A DNA stretch of 64,000 nt, taken from contig OZ176057.1 in the NCBI GenBank assembly GCA_964247055.1, positions 2,914,001 through 2,978,000 on the forward strand, given 5' to 3'. Positions 62,201 to 64,000 of this stretch are shown in pieces (position 1 is the first letter of the stretch; every line of letters starts with the position of its first letter). The translations under genes were made by a program, and so were the position numbers. This DNA is from Paragordius varius (lineage: Eukaryota; Animalia; Nematomorpha). The notes under the pieces were generated by a model. The model did not search any database and was not told the DNA's origin. It saw only the letters and a list, made by a program, of their open reading frames with translations.

Positions 62201-63804
62201 GGTAATTTTTAATCTTAAAAAACACATAATTTAGGGTGAATTTAAACTGTTAATGGTATATACATATAATAGAACATATTACCGAAGCTCCACGTATCAA
62301 CCCATGTTGGACCAAGATTTTGAATACGATAGCGAATGTGAAGCTTTTCCCACATGGTTAATTGAACATAGATGTCGAGTAAATCATTTAAAATATAATT
62401 AATCGTTTTTCATATTTAATTAATTTTAAGCATGGAAACAGATATGTATGTTTAATTTAACCTGGCTATGAATTAGATCAATATTTAGGCACTAAGCCTT
62501 TGAAATGGTTCGAATTCGAAACAGTTTCAGAATCAAAGAATTAAAATATTTTTGAACCGTTTAAAAACCAAAATCCTTTAACACGGTTCTTAACTAATAT
62601 TTTTATTTTTTCAAAAATTTTAATGCAATATGACTGAAAATTTTAAATTTTGCAATGGGTTACAACATGTATGTAAAAATGTAAATATTTTTTTAAAAAG
62701 AAAAGTAGCGCACATAATTTTTGTTTTTATATGCTAATCTTTTGTCAGCTATAAAAAATAAGTTTTATGTAAGTTTTAAAATTAACTAAATAAAAACCAT
62801 TTAGCCAAAAAAATAATGAGAATTAAACAGAAATCATTGAAACTAAAAAATGGAATTGTAGAATCTATAAACTATATTTTTAAACTTAAAACAGCTGATT
62901 GATGAATTTACGGACGTGGATGAGGATGAAAAAGCATTTATGAAACTTTGGAATCGATTTATGATGAGTCCCCGAGGCGTAATGTAAGTATAAGCTCAGT
63001 TTCATTTTATATTTAATTTAAATTCATTTTTTGGCTATCTTATAAATTTGTTTTTTGCGTCAAATCCATATGCTAATAGTTATTAAATATATTTTTACCA
63101 TATTATATATTTGTATAAATACAATAAAATTTATATCCCCTTATATATTGAATAGTAAATGTTGATCTTCTAAACCAGCCGTGTCCAACATGAAACCCTT
63201 CGAGACTTTATGTGCGGATTGCAAAAATTTAAAAATTCGTAATTCGCAAAAAGCTGCTTTTCAATCTTTGCAAAATTAATATTTCTCAAACGATATTTCT
63301 AACTAAGCCTATCCTAAAGGCAAGAACGATAAATGCTAATTATTGCATTTTGCAGTCTTATGTTGAAATTTAATAAAGGCTAATGCTTCATATTAGAGTG
63401 GGCCCGCCGTTTTTGAGTTAAAAATTAGGCCCGCGAATTATTTGCGTTGGACACCCTTGTTCTAAGCCCTTTTTTGAAGTTGGTATTTAGGAAGGTTGCA
63501 TATAGCTAAATGCCCTCGGTTTAGATTGAATAATTAAATAAAATTTAATTAAACCACTCTTTCTTTGTATTTTACTATTATACATTGTAGATATCTTGGG
63601 AATTGTCACATTTATACAGCCTGTCAAACCTTTATAAATTTATACACCAGAGATGTGTGTGCGTTAAATTTGTCCAAAAATTTAATCTTTCACCTAACGC
63701 AAATGTATCATTTTGAATTGATTGATTCCAAACAACATTTAGAATTATGGCTACTTTTTTGCCAAAAACAAGCTAAATCCGGCATTTATGAGAATGAGAT
63801 ATAA
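53097..63804 (+). CDS. suz12: Polycomb PRC2 subunit SUZ12 / Su(z)12 orthologue, enlarged (~1500 aa; 5' end unresolved)
   Basis: Phase-compatible exon chain: 53097-53115, 53317-53384, 53477-53547, 53768-54047, 54134-54745, 55957-56148, 56721-57059, 57277-57384, 57569-57730, 57793-57936, 58034-~58777, 58801-59113, 59360-59621, 59996-~60144, 60542-61213, 62273-62378, 62895-62983, 63591-63804. Contains the SUZ12 C2H2 finger and the VEFS box. Linking of the upstream exons is inferred. Confidence 0.85.
59360..59621 (+). CDS. suz12: SUZ12 exon with C2H2 zinc finger
   Basis: CPWCYVLCIDAYALLKHCQLTHDKFTF versus the recalled SUZ12 finger [27 protein letters not shown]. Confidence 0.9.
61322..61554. mobile_element. 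Degenerate hAT MITE in SUZ12 intron
   Basis: Right end GTTGTACACCCCTG; degenerate left end AGGTGTCCATCACGCGGC. Confidence 0.35.
62051..62256. mobile_element. CCATTTACA-family MITE in SUZ12 intron
   Basis: TA|CCATTTACAATTCGAATTCACCCT...AGGGTGAATTTAAACTGTTAATGG|TA. Confidence 0.65.
62273..63804 (+). CDS. suz12: SUZ12 VEFS-box exons (62273-62378, 62895-62983, 63591-63804)
   Basis: HKRTYYRSSTYQP..DSECEAFPTWL..LIDEFTDVDEDEKAFMKLWNRFM..AC.TF..NL..HL..M.HFELI matches the VEFS pattern (RLYFHS..DSEDE..WL..EEFSDVNEGEK..MKLWN). Confidence 0.92.
63176..63459. mobile_element. hAT (Charlie-like) MITE in last SUZ12 intron
   Basis: TIRs CAGCCGTGTCCAAC...GTTGGACACCCTTG. TSD TTCTAAAC / TTCTAAGC. Confidence 0.7.
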
Positions 63805-64000
63805 TAATATAAATATCTCATATTTGCATTTGTTACTTATTATGTGATTTAACAGTATATATATATACTATATCTTCCTAACCATATAACACTAAGATAC
63901 TCAAAATTTTCATTTCATTTTATATTGTTTATTACAATATTCACGGAGATATATGCATGTTTGGAATTTTTAGTGACGCATTTATTGAACTACTCATCCC

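Overview
This is very AT-rich eukaryotic (animal, invertebrate-type) genomic DNA with GT-AG introns. I see no prokaryotic operons, rRNA, tRNA genes or CRISPR. Roughly half or more of the window is transposon-derived. That includes six copies of a non-autonomous Helitron family (three inside a hAT MITE shell), two large Tc1/mariner-type foldback elements, a very young 1.5-kb non-autonomous LTR element, two decayed RTE-clade LINEs (one with a 98-bp target-site duplication), and a 7.6-kb scrambled four-LTR Gypsy insertion bounded by a single 5-bp TSD. Four spliced genes were reconstructed by hand from phase-compatible splice sites: (1) a micro-exon gene for a small Gly/His-rich, probably secreted protein (4.0-9.0 kb, +); (2) a small secreted prepropeptide with repeated FNRQVRY/RY motifs (13.6-18.8 kb, +); (3) a protein with two antistasin-like domains (19.4-24.3 kb, -, 5' end not found); (4) a greatly enlarged Polycomb SUZ12 orthologue (53.1-63.8 kb, +). 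All protein-family calls rest on motifs recognised by eye; no database search was run. The species cannot be determined from the sequence.
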